A stretch of 64,000 nucleotides of DNA from Octopus vulgaris (Eukaryota): contig OX597829.1 of assembly GCA_951406725.2 (NCBI GenBank), forward strand, positions 40,424,001 through 40,488,000. The letters are read 5' to 3'. Below, one piece after another: positions 51,694 to 64,000 of the stretch; the first letter of the stretch is position 1; every line of letters begins with the position of its first letter. The translations under genes and the position numbers were made by a program. The notes beneath the pieces were generated by a model. It worked only from the letters and a program-made list of their open reading frames with translations. It was not told where the DNA came from and did no database searches.

Positions 51694-51808
51694 GACTGCA
51701 TGTCTATCGTTGGCGATTTTCTTTCTCTGTCTTCCCTTCTTTGGACTTTATCTTTTTTCCTATATTTCTGATGAAGAGCTCCGCTCAAAACGTGACATCC
51801 TCTTTCTT
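51691..51808 (+). mobile_element. Family G hammerhead element, truncated (motif 51764-51798)
   Basis: AUUU-CUGAUGA-A-GAGC-UCC-GCUC-AAAA-C-GUG-ACAU (canonical CUGAUGA, G12A mutated). Confidence 0.7.
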
Positions 51809-51809
51809 A

Positions 51810-51829
51810 TGTATGTATATGTGTGTATG

Positions 51830-51869
<40 letters not shown>

Positions 51870-51930
51870 ATATATATATATATGTGTGTGTATGTATATA
51901 TATATATGTGTGTGTGTGTGTATATATATA

Positions 51931-51975
<45 letters not shown>

Positions 51976-52250
51976 ATATATATATGCATATATATGTATA
52001 TGTATGTATATATATATGTATGTTTATGTGTATATATGTATGTATATATATGTATGTTTATGTGTATATATGTATGTATATATATATGTATATGTATGTA
52101 TATATATATATGTATGTATATGTATGTATATGTATGTATATATATATATGTATGTATATGTATGTATATATGTGTATATATGTATATGTATATATATGTA
52201 TGTATGTATGTATGTATATGTGTGTGTATATATATATATATATATAGATA
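51810..52250. repeat. (TA)/(TATG)/(TG) low-complexity tract (second tract 52560-52900)
   Basis: Direct reading. Confidence 0.95.
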
Positions 52251-52854
52251 GATACATTGCAGGCTTGGAATGTATCTAGGAAGACATCTTTCACATCTGA
52301 TGACAGACTAGGAACATTCCTAGATATGTTGGAAATGGTGATGCCACAGAGGAATGATACTAACAAGAACATGTGTGTGTGTGTGCAGGGAAGGGTCATG
52401 AATGATTTCCATCCTGTAACTCTGCTTGAACATAGAGCTTAAGATTTAGTCAAAGTGCTGGTGAAGAAGTTGGCGCTAGGTTGCACGTTTGGTTTTCATG
52501 TTCTCTGTGTCATGGACTTTACTCTCTAAGTTAGTCATTTGGTAGACTCGCTGCTGAGTGATATATTATTATATGTACATATGTGTATGTATCTATGTAT
52601 GTATATACATGTGTATATTCATATGCTTATATATATGTATGAGTATATATATGCATGCATATGTATATATGTATGTGTAAATATGTATGTGTGTGTATAT
52701 ATATATATATGTCTATATATATATATATATGTTTGCATATTTATGTGTGTATATATATACATATATATATATATATATGCATGCATGCATATGTATATAT
52801 GTATTTGTGTATATATGTGTGCATCTATGTATATATGTATCTGTATGTTTATGA

Positions 52855-52903
<49 letters not shown>

Positions 52904-53967
52904 TAGAAATGCATAATGTATAGCTATGTGTATGTTAAATATGTATATGTGTCTGTATACACACATATGCATAGTGTATATAAATATACTCTCATGTGTG
53001 TGTGTGAGTGTCATTCATATATTTCATACACATTTGCAAAATTTTTAGCTTTTCAGAAATAAAGTATCCAAGCACAAACAAAAGAATTGCAGTTTGATTT
53101 CAGTCTAGACATTTATTTGTTCTTCAATGTTTTGTTCCCTACTAATTAATTAGCTTGGCTGATGATTAAGCATTATTTGTCCTTTAAAACTTAGAACATT
53201 AAATGTGTATATACACATTAAAACATGCGATAGTTAAAACTATATTAAATTTTTGTCTTAAATATGAAATCCTTGGATTTCACTTATTCAAATTAGCTTT
53301 ATGCTTTTCTGAAGTTTTATTTTTTTTTTTTTTTTCCACACCAGCTTTGTGCTTAATGCTTTCAACCTCAGCCCACCAGCCACCAACCACCAACACCACT
53401 ACCATTATCATAATTATCATCATTATCGTCTTTATCTTCATTGTTCTCATTTTTGTTGAGCAGAAGGTGTTTTTTTTTTCTCCAGCAGACATAAAACTTA
53501 GACATACACAAAAACAGTTGAAGATATTTATAGCTTATAAATATATATCTATATATCTATATATATATATATATATACATACATTTGTGTGTATATATAT
53601 ATGTGTGTGTGTTCAATATGAGCAACCATTAATCCAGACAGTTTTTTTCCCTTCTGTTTCTTTTCCTTTCTCCATTCTTTTCTTTCCACATTCCTTTCTT
53701 TAGGCTCAAAATGTCAAAGACTTCTTCCATTTTCCTGAACGTCAAATTAATACACCTTGTTTGTCGTTCCCTCACCTGTCTCTGTCTTTTGTTTTTTTTT
53801 TTTTGTTTTTCATATAATTTTGAACTCAATGTGTGTGTAATCGGGGTTTTTCCGTAAACTAAACCATAACATTTTCATGTCATAACATTATCTGATATAT
53901 ATATATATGAACGTATGTATGTTTGTGTATGTGTATATATATACATATATATGAACGTATGTATGTT

Positions 53968-54003
<36 letters not shown>

Positions 54004-54397
54004 CTAGCAGTATCACCCGGCGTTGCTCGGGTTTGTAAGGGAAATAACTATATAAGCATTTTTAGAGAGTTATAGCCAAAAAATAGCAAAAAATGCATTA
54101 AAAATGGAAAAAAAATTATGGTAAATTTTTTTTTAAATCATTGACTCATCGTAGACATTTTTAGAGAGTTACTTCCCTTATATTAAAAAAAATATGCATT
54201 AAAATGGAAAAAATGATGGTAAATTACTTTTAAAATCGTAGACTCATTGTAGATGCGCACTAATACCCAGAAGGGCTCGATATGAATCACGACTATAAGA
54301 TACCTGGTTTTGGTTAAACTGCACCGCAAAATGTGGGAGTAGTTAGGAATCTAAATCGGAGTAGACAGACACACAACCTTACTTTTATATATAAAGA
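54004..54397 (-). mobile_element. Non-autonomous Helitron (short subfamily)
   Basis: Same termini as, and homology to, 14377-14773. Confidence 0.9.
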
Positions 54398-54404
54398 TAT
54401 ATGT

Positions 54405-54865
54405 AAGTGTGGAGTTGAGTGAAAGCGTTTGTAGAGGCAAAGAAAACACATGCAAGACTCAAAAGAGATTTAAGGAAGGATGTTATGGTCGAGAAGGTGA
54501 ATCACAATGACCTTTTTGTGTGCACAGTTTGTGACGGAACATGCCTTTCTTTTGCTGGGCCCAAATCTCATTTGCGAACCTATGGAAAACGAACCTCTAC
54601 CAACTATTCTACGTATATGTCTATGCACACCTTTCAATGCAATGTATGCCAGAAGAACTGCAAATCCAACGGAGGCCTCAAAAGACATTTTAAGATTCAC
54701 AAAGAACTTATCTGCAGCTCTTGGTAGTCCAAATAAGCATTGCAATCTATGTACGTCTTTTCAAAACATAGTCTGATTTAAAAAGCCACATCAAATGCCA
54801 TGGTGGTTTTGGGGTGTAGGTACAGGAGGGGGTCATACTCTGCATAAGGAGTAGACAACCATCAC
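54405..54865 (+). pseudogene. RTE-clade LINE 3' end encoding three degenerate C2H2 zinc fingers
   Basis: VKAFVEAKKTHARLKRDLRK; FVCTVCDGTCLSFAGPKSHLRTY; FQCNVCQKNCKSNGGLKRHFKIH; HCNLC/RLFKT*SDLKSHIKCH; short 3'UTR. Confidence 0.75.
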
Positions 54866-54884
54866 GTATGTATATATATATAAT

Positions 54885-55712
54885 CTTTTATTTGTTTCAG
54901 TCACTGGACTATGGCCATGCTGAGGCGCACTACCTCAAAGGGTTTTAGTTGACTCAAGTACTTCTGTCTTTTTAAGTCTCGTACTTATTCTATGAGTCGC
55001 TTTTGCTGAACCACTAAGTTTCAGAACATAAATAAACCAGCAGTAACAGTTATTAGGCAGTGACGCGGACGACAAACACAGACACACAGACATAGTTACA
55101 CAGGCTCAAATTCACAAGCATACACGTAACAGCAATCATTTACACAGTTTCTTATTTCTATACTACCGACAAGGGGCTAAACACAGAGGGGACAAACAAG
55201 GACAGACAAACAGATTAAGTCAATTAGATCAACCCCAGTGCGTAACTGGTACTTAATTTATCGACCCCGAAAGGATGAAAGGCAAAGTCAACCTCGGTGG
55301 AATTTGAACTCAGAATGTAACAGCAGACAAATTACCTATTTCTTTACTACCCACAAGGGGCTAAACACAAAGAGGACAAACAGATTAAGTCGATTAGATC
55401 GACCCCAGTGCGTAACTTGTACTTAATTTATCGACCCCGAAAGGATGAAAGGCAAAGTCGACCTCGGTGGAATTTGAACTCAGAACGTAACGGCAGACGA
55501 AATACGGCTACGCATTTCGCCCAGCGTGCTGACGTTTCTGCCAGCGCACTGCCTTTCACAGTTCATACAGTTTCTGTCTACCAAGTTCACTCGCACGTAT
55601 TGGTCAACCTGAAGCTATAGTAGAAGATATTCACCCAAGGTGCTGCACAGTGGGACTGAACCTGATACTATGTGGTTACAAAGTGAGCATCCTTAGTCAG
55701 ATAGTTATGCCT
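54885..55712 (-). mobile_element. SINE family A split by a SINE C tandem (55154-55555, minus)
   Basis: Homology; internal SINE C junction at about 55337. Confidence 0.85.
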
Positions 55713-56439
55713 GCATGTGTGTGTGGTGTAATATATGGACTCATAGAATCATGTGGTTATCAGAGAAAAGCTCCTCTAGGGAACCTGGCTAGCAGACCAC
55801 ACATATCAATCAAATACAGAGGAGTATAATAGAGAGTTCTATGCAGCTGAAATCCAGGTGATAATATTGATGAGATTATTAAATAAGGAGTATATAAACC
55901 ACAAAGAGTAGTGAATATATTTATTGGTTGGACAAGTGGTTACATAGTTATATTCTCCTCTCAAACCTCCTGATTATTGTATATTTATACATACACACAC
56001 ACACACATACCTACATATATAAAGCACAAGGCAATCATGGCTGGGCCACTTTAGATTATTAGTTTGTTGAGTGTCGGCTGATCTGTGGCTGAAAACTGAT
56101 AATGTCTTAGTTATATAAATGCTTTCTGTGTCTACATAGAATGATTTTCTCTGCTCTACAACACAGCCCTATACTTCTCAGTTCTACATTACCTTGTTTT
56201 CAGGCCTGGCCTCAGGATCCTGAGATGCACAAAGATGTTTTGAAGTGCACAGTTGTTTGTGTTTTAGCTCTGGTTGTGTTTTTTACCTGCCTGTCAAGTG
56301 AACTAATACACATTTCACAAGCATCTTTAGCGGTGGCCATTACTTTCCAGAAAAGCTAAGGTTTTATTACATTTAGAGATTTCTTTTTTGAAAGATACTG
56401 TGTAGAGACTTTGCTGGAGGAATGTTGGCAGGCACTGCC

Positions 56440-56806
56440 GAGTGGTTAAAAAGATTAGTTTGCAGCTATGTAACTTTGGGGCCAGTTCTACTGTGTGACA
56501 TCTTGGGCTAGTGTCTTCTACTATAATCTCAAGTCAACCAGAGCCTTGTGAGAGGTTTTGGTTGATGGAAACTGTATGGAAGCCTGTTATGTATATATAT
56601 ATGTGTGTGTATGTTTGTATTTGTCCGTCCACATCACTTTGACAATCTATGTTTGTTTACAGTTTTGTGACTTAGTAGTTTGGCAAAAGATACTGATAGA
56701 ATAAGGACCAGATATAGATAATAACCATTGGGTTTGATATGCTCAAATTAAACCTTTCTAGGTGGTGCCCCAGCATGGCTGCAGTCCAGTGATGGAAACA
56801 AGTAAA
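56440..56806 (+). mobile_element. SINE family A, diverged (family D 3' piece follows at 56825-56972)
   Basis: Homology. Confidence 0.78.
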
Positions 56807-57745
56807 CGCTAATAATTTATGTTGCAAAATGGTTGGTGTTAGGAAGGGCACCCCACCGTAAAAACCCTGCCAAAACAGACAGAGTAGCATAGGGTAGTTT
56901 TCTACTTAGATGGTTCCTGTGTACCACCCTACTCATGCATGCATTGAAGATGGACGTTAAACAATGATGATGGTGACCAAGACCAGCCACTGCATAGAAA
57001 ATCCTTCACTGATTTTTAAAGTTAATGAGTTGTTTGCTGCAAAAGGTCTAATTTATCTGCTACTGTGAGTAACTATAGAATGTTGTTTCATTAGTTGAAA
57101 CAAGGAAATACCAGAGCAGGGGACACCTCAACAGCACTACACGCCTATGGACAAAGCAATGTCATTAGGCCCTCTATAAAACACACCTACAGCATACATT
57201 GGTTTACATAGATGCATACACCTGTAGCGCTCCATCCCCTCCAGGTGGGGGCGGGGAGGGGCAAGTACCCAGTGTATCCATGCCTTAACACGCAGCACAG
57301 TACCAGTAATACAGTGAGGGAATAGTTAAAAATAATGAAGTAGAGGGTCCATAATACTTATCTCCTTAACAGGTATTTTAGAGGAAATAAATGTGGCTGC
57401 TCCTTTTTTTTTTGTTTTTTTTTGTTATCTTTTCTGTCAAGTAATAAAAGAATTATCTCCCCCGTCCCCCCACCCGACTAGATAATCTGTTACTACTCCT
57501 TCCCCTACTATCAATCCTCCCTTCCAACATATTTCACACTTAATGCAGTACATTACTACCTACACCTATCTGTGTCCCTTAGGGGAGAATGGAGACAGTT
57601 ATGACACCCCTCCCTCCAAAACTGCCTTACCCCACCCAACTACAGTTGCCATGGAAATAACAAAGCTCCTATCCTTTACAACAATGTTTTCTTTACTGTC
57701 AGCTTATCAAGGTGTAATAATTATAACAATAGTCTTAATCCAGCT

Positions 57746-57784
<39 letters not shown>

Positions 57785-58289
57785 CTGTGTGTTTGTGCAT
57801 ATGTTTGTTATTACTATTATGAGTTTTTTTGTTTTGTTTCTTTTGTGGGTTTTTTTTTTACCTGTCTTCTTATCAAAGCAACAGGTGTTACTATTTGGCT
57901 CTGTTCTGAAACTGAAGAGCCAGTAGCCACTGCTTCCTTGAAAAGTGGCCTTGTTGCTTCAGTTTGTGTGCTTGCATGAATCCATGTGTGTGTGTGTGTG
58001 TGTGTGTATGCATATGTGGTGGTGGTAGTGTGTGGTATCACTAGTAGCCAGTGGGATAGCAATGCTCAACCTCAACTTGTTAATCTTGTCTGACCTACCT
58101 GACTGGATGAGAACATAATTGTGTCTTTAATTAAGCAGTAGCAGTGGCAGAAGCAGCAGCAACAGCAGTCTGTTTAAAATAAAATCAAGATTGGAACACA
58201 CAAAAATAAAACTCAGTTTGTTCAGGAGATTGTGGTGATGGTTGCAATATAAACGTATGCATGTGTGTTTGAATATATATATATATCAT

Positions 58290-58650
58290 TATCATCATCA
58301 TCGTTTAACGTCCGTTCTCCATGCTAGCATGGGTTGGACGGTTCGACCGGGGATCTGGGAAGCCAGAAGGCTGCACCAGGCTCCAGTCTTATCTGGCAAT
58401 GTTTCTACAGCTGGATGCCCTTCCTAACGCCAACCACTCTGCGAGTGTAGTGGGTGCTTTTTACGTGCCACCTGCACAGGTGCCAGGCGAGGCTGGCAAC
58501 GGCCATGGTCGGATTGGTGTATTTTATGTGCCACCGGCACGGAAGGCAGTCGAGGCGGCACTGGCATCGGCCACGAGTCGGATAGTGCTTTTTACGTACC
58601 ACCAGACCAGGGATCCTGGCTGGTTCAATTCGATTTCGATTTCACTTGCC
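58290..58650 (-). mobile_element. SINE-like family D
   Basis: Homology; very similar to 59114-59397. Confidence 0.88.
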
Positions 58651-58733
58651 CCAACAATTCTTCGCAAGCAAATAATATATATTTATGTATCTATCAATGC
58701 ATGTGTGTGTGTATGCAGGTATGTATGTATGTA

Positions 58734-58779
<46 letters not shown>

Positions 58780-58780
<1 letters not shown>

Positions 58781-59106
58781 GGAGCACTCCGTCGGTTGTG
58801 ACGACGAGGGTCCCAGCTGATCCGATCAACGGAACAGCTTGCTTGTGAAATTAACATGCAAGTGGCTGAGCACTCCACAGACACGTGTGCCCTTAACATA
58901 GCTTTTGGGGAGATTCAGCTTGACACAGAGTGTGACAAGGCTGGCCCTTTGAAATGCAGGTACTGCTCATTTTTGCCAGCTGAGTGGACTGGAGTAACGT
59001 GAAATAAAGTGTCTTGCTCAAGGACACAACGAGCCACCGGAAATTGAACTCATGACCTTATGATCGTGAGCCGAATACCCCTAACCACTAAGCCACGGAC
59101 CTTCAC
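58780..59106 (-). mobile_element. SINE family B variant
   Basis: Homology to 18637-18965. Confidence 0.9.
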
Positions 59107-59113
59107 AAATATA

Positions 59114-59397
59114 TCATCGTTTAACGTCCGTTCTCCATGCTAGCATGGGTTGGACGGTTCAACTGGGGTCTGTGAAGCCAGAAGGCTGCACCAGACTCCA
59201 GTCTTATCTGGCAATGTTTCTACAGCTGGATGCCCTTCCTAACGCCAACCACTCCGTGAGTGTAGTAGGTGCTTTTAACGTGCCACCTGCACAGGTGCCA
59301 GGCGAGGCTGGCAACGGCCACAGTCGGATTGGTGTATTTTATATGCCACCGGCACGGAAGCCAGTCGAGGCGGCACTGGCATCGGCCACGAGTCGGA
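59114..59397 (-). mobile_element. SINE-like family D
   Basis: Homology. Confidence 0.88.
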
Positions 59398-59416
59398 TAT
59401 ATATATATATATATAT

Positions 59417-59504
59417 AAATAGATTAGTGGTACAACAAGGCACCAATACTGGAAAATAGCAATCGATACAAATATTGGTGCCTTGTTGTACCACTTATCT
59501 ATTT
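59417..59504. repeat. Hairpin, 32-bp stem (one mismatch) with 24-nt loop, adjoining (TA)n
   Basis: aaatagattagtggtacaacaaggcaccaata / tattggtgccttgttgtaccacttatctattt. Confidence 0.92.
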
Positions 59505-59832
59505 TTAAATGTATAATTCTACCCTTATGGGGCTATATTTTACTGGAAAGTAATACATTTGTATTGCATATATATATATATATAATTATTATAGATATAT
59601 GGTAAAAAATTATTAATTTATAATTAATAAATTTCACCAAGTAGTTTTGGTATGGAAAAGAACCATATTCAGTAAAAACTTATACAAGAAGTTTTATATA
59701 TAATTATAACAGGTGGTTAAGCAACTTGTTGCTAAACCCTTAATTATTGTTATATATGACTTTTTATTAAAATTTTATGTATTGATTAAGTCTTTCCTTG
59801 TTTGTTTTGCAAAATAGTGGTTTTGTCTCTAA

Positions 59833-59886
<54 letters not shown>

Positions 59887-59954
59887 TGTGTATACACGTG
59901 TGTATGTATGCATGTAGACGCTTATATGCATATAATCAGGTGTGTGTACATATT

Positions 59955-60183
59955 CAAAAATTAGGGAATGAAGTAGATAGAATCCAAGCTAAATATGTTT
60001 CACACCTAGCGGAACCTTGGAATTCATAAATTATTCGAATGAATGGTAAACTGTAAGCTACTCTTTTGCTTGAGGATTAACTTGCGGTCTACCCCTCGTT
60101 TGGATAATTTACTACTTCCAAGGCCCCTCTAGCTATGAAACATATTTAGCTTGGATTTTATCTACTCCATTCTCTGATTTTTT
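59955..60183. repeat. ~230-bp imperfect foldback
   Basis: agtagatagaatccaagctaaatatgtttca / tgaaacatatttagcttggattttatctact plus diverged inner arms. Confidence 0.85.
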
Positions 60184-60379
60184 AATGTTTATTCGCATAT
60201 ACAACAACCCCTGTTGTTTGCTGTGAACTATAAAATGGTTTTTCAGTTTATTATACTTCGATATGGGATAAATTCACAACCTCCTGCACCAATAAATCCT
60301 GAAAGTTGTTTTTCATATCTTCTACGGATTGCATGAAACTCACTAACTTCCTACACCTTGATCCTAGAATCTTACCTTT

Positions 60380-60417
<38 letters not shown>

Positions 60418-60525
60418 TCTGCCCTTGGCATGTAGCTTCAACCGTGCTTTCTGACGTAAATTTGCTACCCGGGTATCGGTTAACCGAATTATCCATACTA
60501 GGATAATTCATTCAACTACTTAAAC

Positions 60526-60570
<45 letters not shown>

Positions 60571-60853
60571 GTGTACATGTTATATGTATTTGTGCATGTA
60601 TGTATACTTGCATGTATAAATGAATGATTGTGTTTATGAATGAATAAATTATATGCATATGAGTGTGTGTGTGTGTGTGTGTGTTTATGTTTATGTTTAT
60701 GTTTGTTTATGTTTTCCAGTTTCAGCTCTTGAGCTGTGGCCATGCTGGGGCACCGCCATGTATATATATATATATATATATACTTTGATACTTTGATAGG
60801 TTTCGGCCATTATTGGCCCAGGCCATGTCTAACTTAATAGCACCACCTGGGTG

Positions 60854-60893
<40 letters not shown>

Positions 60894-61016
60894 TTATGTA
60901 TTGTGTTTGTGTTGGACCCTCATTCTTCGCCACATATCTGGTATCGGTTTGTTTACATCCCTATAACTTTGCAGTTCAGCAAAAACGACACTGACAGAAT
61001 AAGAACAGTATATATT

Positions 61017-61219
61017 ACTCTTTGCTCTTTTACTTGTTTCATTCATTTGACTGTGGCCATGCTGGTGCACTGCCTTTAGTCGAGCAAATCGACCCCAGAG
61101 CTTACTCTTTGTAAGCTTAGTACTTAATCTAGCAGTCTCTTTTACTAAACCGCTAAGTTATGGGGACATAAACACACCAACATCAGTTGTCAAGCGATGG
61201 TGGGTGGGACACACACGCA

Positions 61220-61287
<68 letters not shown>

Positions 61288-61452
61288 TACACAACAGGCT
61301 TCTTTCAGTTTCCGTCTACCAAATCCACTCACAAGGATTTGGTCAGCCTGAGGCTATAGTAGAAGACACTTGCCTGAGGTGCCACACAGTGGGACTGAAC
61401 CCGGGACCATGTGGTTGGTTAGCAAGCTACTTACCTCACAGCCACTCCTGTG
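61017..61452 (-). mobile_element. SINE family A (degenerate + piece at 60895-61008)
   Basis: Homology. Confidence 0.88.
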
Positions 61453-61619
61453 CCTGTTTATGTTTGTGTCCATGAGTTGTAAAAAGAAAAAAAAGGAAAA
61501 GACCCGGAGCATTTGAGTAGGAACATGCTGCATGTGATGTGTACACATCAATCTGTGATATCTTCCATTACTTAAGTGTCCAGTTTGCATTTTGTATTCT
61601 ACCAGACTGATGAAATTAG

Positions 61620-62072
61620 GGCGGCGAACTGACAAAATCGTTAGCACGCCAGGCGAAATGTCTAGCCACATTTCGTCTGCTGTCAGGTGGGTAATAAAGA
61701 AATAGGTATTTCGTCTGCCGCTACGTTCTGAGTTCAAATTCCGCCGAGGTTGACCTTGCCTTTCATCCTTTCGGAGTCGATAAATTAAGTAGCAGTTACA
61801 CACTGGGGTCGATATAATCGACTTAATCCATTTGTCTGTCCTTGTTTGTCCCCTCTGTGTTTAGCCCCTTGTGGGTAGTAAAGAAATAGGTATTTCGTCT
61901 GTCGTTACGTTCCAAGTTCAAATTCCGCTGAGGTTGACTTTGCCTTTCATCCTTTCGGGGTCGATTAAATATGTACCAGTTATGCACTGGGGTCAATATA
62001 ATCGACTTAATCCATTTGTCTGTCCTTGTTTGTACCCTCTGTGTTTAGTCCCTTGTGGGTAGTAAAGAAATA
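61620..62072 (+). mobile_element. SINE family C nested/tandem array
   Basis: Two aaagaaata|ggtatttcgtctg junctions (about 61704 and 61888). Confidence 0.9.
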
Positions 62073-62419
62073 GAAATTAGTTCCAAAGTACCGGTAATAT
62101 TACGATCATCATAAATCAATTACCAGCAGTAGAGTCGGTGCCCCAGCATGGCCTCAGAATTCTGGTGTCTGTAGCTAATAGAAGAAGGATAAAAGAAAAG
62201 GCTGTTGTGTTTCTAGGTCTGCCTCTGTTACAAGCAGCTTCCATTGTCTGCAGATTCATTTACATCTCCTGTCCCTACCAGTGCAGTTGTCCTATGCAGC
62301 GTAACATCAGCGGATATCTTTTAATGTCCAGCTGCTTTCTTGTGCTCTGCCATTCTGTGCTCTGCCGGTTTGTAAGAATTGTTCTTGTTTTCCAGTCAAA
62401 AGAAAATCAATAATGGTCA

Positions 62420-63272
62420 TATGTGTGTGTAGTGTAATGTTTGTGTGTGAGTATATAGTTGTATATGTATATAGATGTGTGTGTGAGTATATATATGTGT
62501 ATGTGTGTATATATATATATAACATGTATACGCATCTGTATGTATATGTCTATCTATGTGTGTGTGCATATATGTTTATGTATGTATGTATATACATATA
62601 TATATGTATGTATATACATATATATATGTATGTATATACATATATGTATGTATGTATATACATATATATGTATGTATGTATATACATATATATGTATTAT
62701 GTGTATATACATATATATATGTGTATATATGTATGTATGTATGTATTATATATATATATATGTGTGTGTGTGTATATATATATATGTGTGTATATATATA
62801 TATATGTATGTATGTATATATATATATATATGTATGTATGTATATATATATATGTATGTATATATGTATATATATATATGTATATATGTATATATATGTA
62901 TGTATGTATATATATATATACATATATATGTATGTATATATATATGTATATATGTATGTATATATATATGTATATATATATGTATGTATATATATATGTA
63001 TATATATATGTATGTATGTATGTATATGTATGTATGTATGTATGTATATGTATGTATGAATGTATGTGTATATGTATGTATGAATGTATGTGTATACATA
63101 TATATTTATATGTATGTATATACATATATATATATGTATGTATATACATATATTCATATATATGTATGTATATATGTATGTATATATGTACACATATATG
63201 TATATATGTGCCTTTATGTGTCTGAATGTGTGTGTGTATGTGTATATTTATATACACATGTATGTATGTGCT

Positions 63273-63350
<78 letters not shown>

Positions 63351-63420
63351 TATGTATATGTATATATATACACATATATATATGTCTATGTATATGTATA
63401 TATACGCTCACATACACACT
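62420..63420. repeat. 1-kb (TA)/(TATG)/(TG) low-complexity tract
   Basis: Direct reading. Confidence 0.97.
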
Positions 63421-64000
63421 CGTCATATAGCAACTGATAGAAAATGTGGAATATCTAGCGAACATGCTGCAAGAACGGTGCGGGGCTTCCTGAAATGGAA
63501 TCATTGAGATTGTTTACAGGAATCTAGATTTTTCTTACTGCTGAATCTAGTTGAAATGAAATAAGTGAAATGACTGAGAATTGTGAATAAGAACTGCTTA
63601 CTATGGAAATAAGAGAATGGCCTGAAACAGTGATTAGTGGATGGAAGCGGCGAAGGGGAGAATTTCAGGTTTAATGGCAGCAAATCCAGAGAACCATTTT
63701 GAAATAATTGGAGGAGGAGTTTAAAAAATTTGTTTGGCAAAATTTAGGGTGAGAAAGAATAGATTTTTTTTATTGGCTTTGTTAATTCATTTTCACTTTC
63801 CAGCAAGCTCTCTTTTCAATCACACTGTTCAGGTTTCAGTCCCTCTGTGCAGCAGCACCTTGGACAAGTAGTGTCTATCCAGCCTGCTGATTAACTGTAA
63901 AACCAGCGATTTGTTAATCATCGTTTTCCTATGTCAGTAGAGGCTAAATTTGTCGCAATTTGTTCCAGCAATTCCATCATCACTCCTAGACACTTTTCAT

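Noticed and set aside
59635-59678. Hammerhead-like motif on the minus strand (ctgaatatggt...accaaaactac)
   Set aside because: G8 and G12 absent and helix I/cleavage register inconsistent
60790-60820. ggcca-ataa-tggcc-GAAA half hammerhead on the minus strand
   Set aside because: No upstream CUGANGA-like box

Overview
AT-rich eukaryotic intergenic or intronic DNA that is dominated by repeats. The SINE families, (TA)n/(TAA)n/(CA)n microsatellite load and transposon mix match what I recognise from octopus (coleoid cephalopod) genomes; this is from memory, not a database result. I found no convincing host protein-coding exon, rRNA, true tRNA or CRISPR array, and nearly all long ORFs in the track are microsatellite artefacts. 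Content: four abundant SINE-like families (working names A-D), non-autonomous Helitrons, hAT and piggyBac-type MITEs with TSDs, a mariner remnant, and fragments of R4/Dong, RTE and Penelope-like (PLE) retrotransposons. The most interesting signal is a set of short elements, mostly embedded in (TA)n, that carry minimal type-I hammerhead ribozyme folds with non-canonical cores: CUGUAGA/CUGUCGA (A6U), CCGACGA (U4C) and UUGAAAA (compensatory U3-A8). Each has a palindromic helix-III tetramer (ACGU, CCGG or AAUU). They occur as a tandem dimer, as solo copies and as an inverted foldback, near PLE reverse-transcriptase remnants, which suggests a retrozyme/PLE-like system. Also notable are a SINE that repeatedly inserts into a site within itself and an RTE 3' end with three C2H2 fingers. 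Coordinates were counted by eye and may be off by a few bases.
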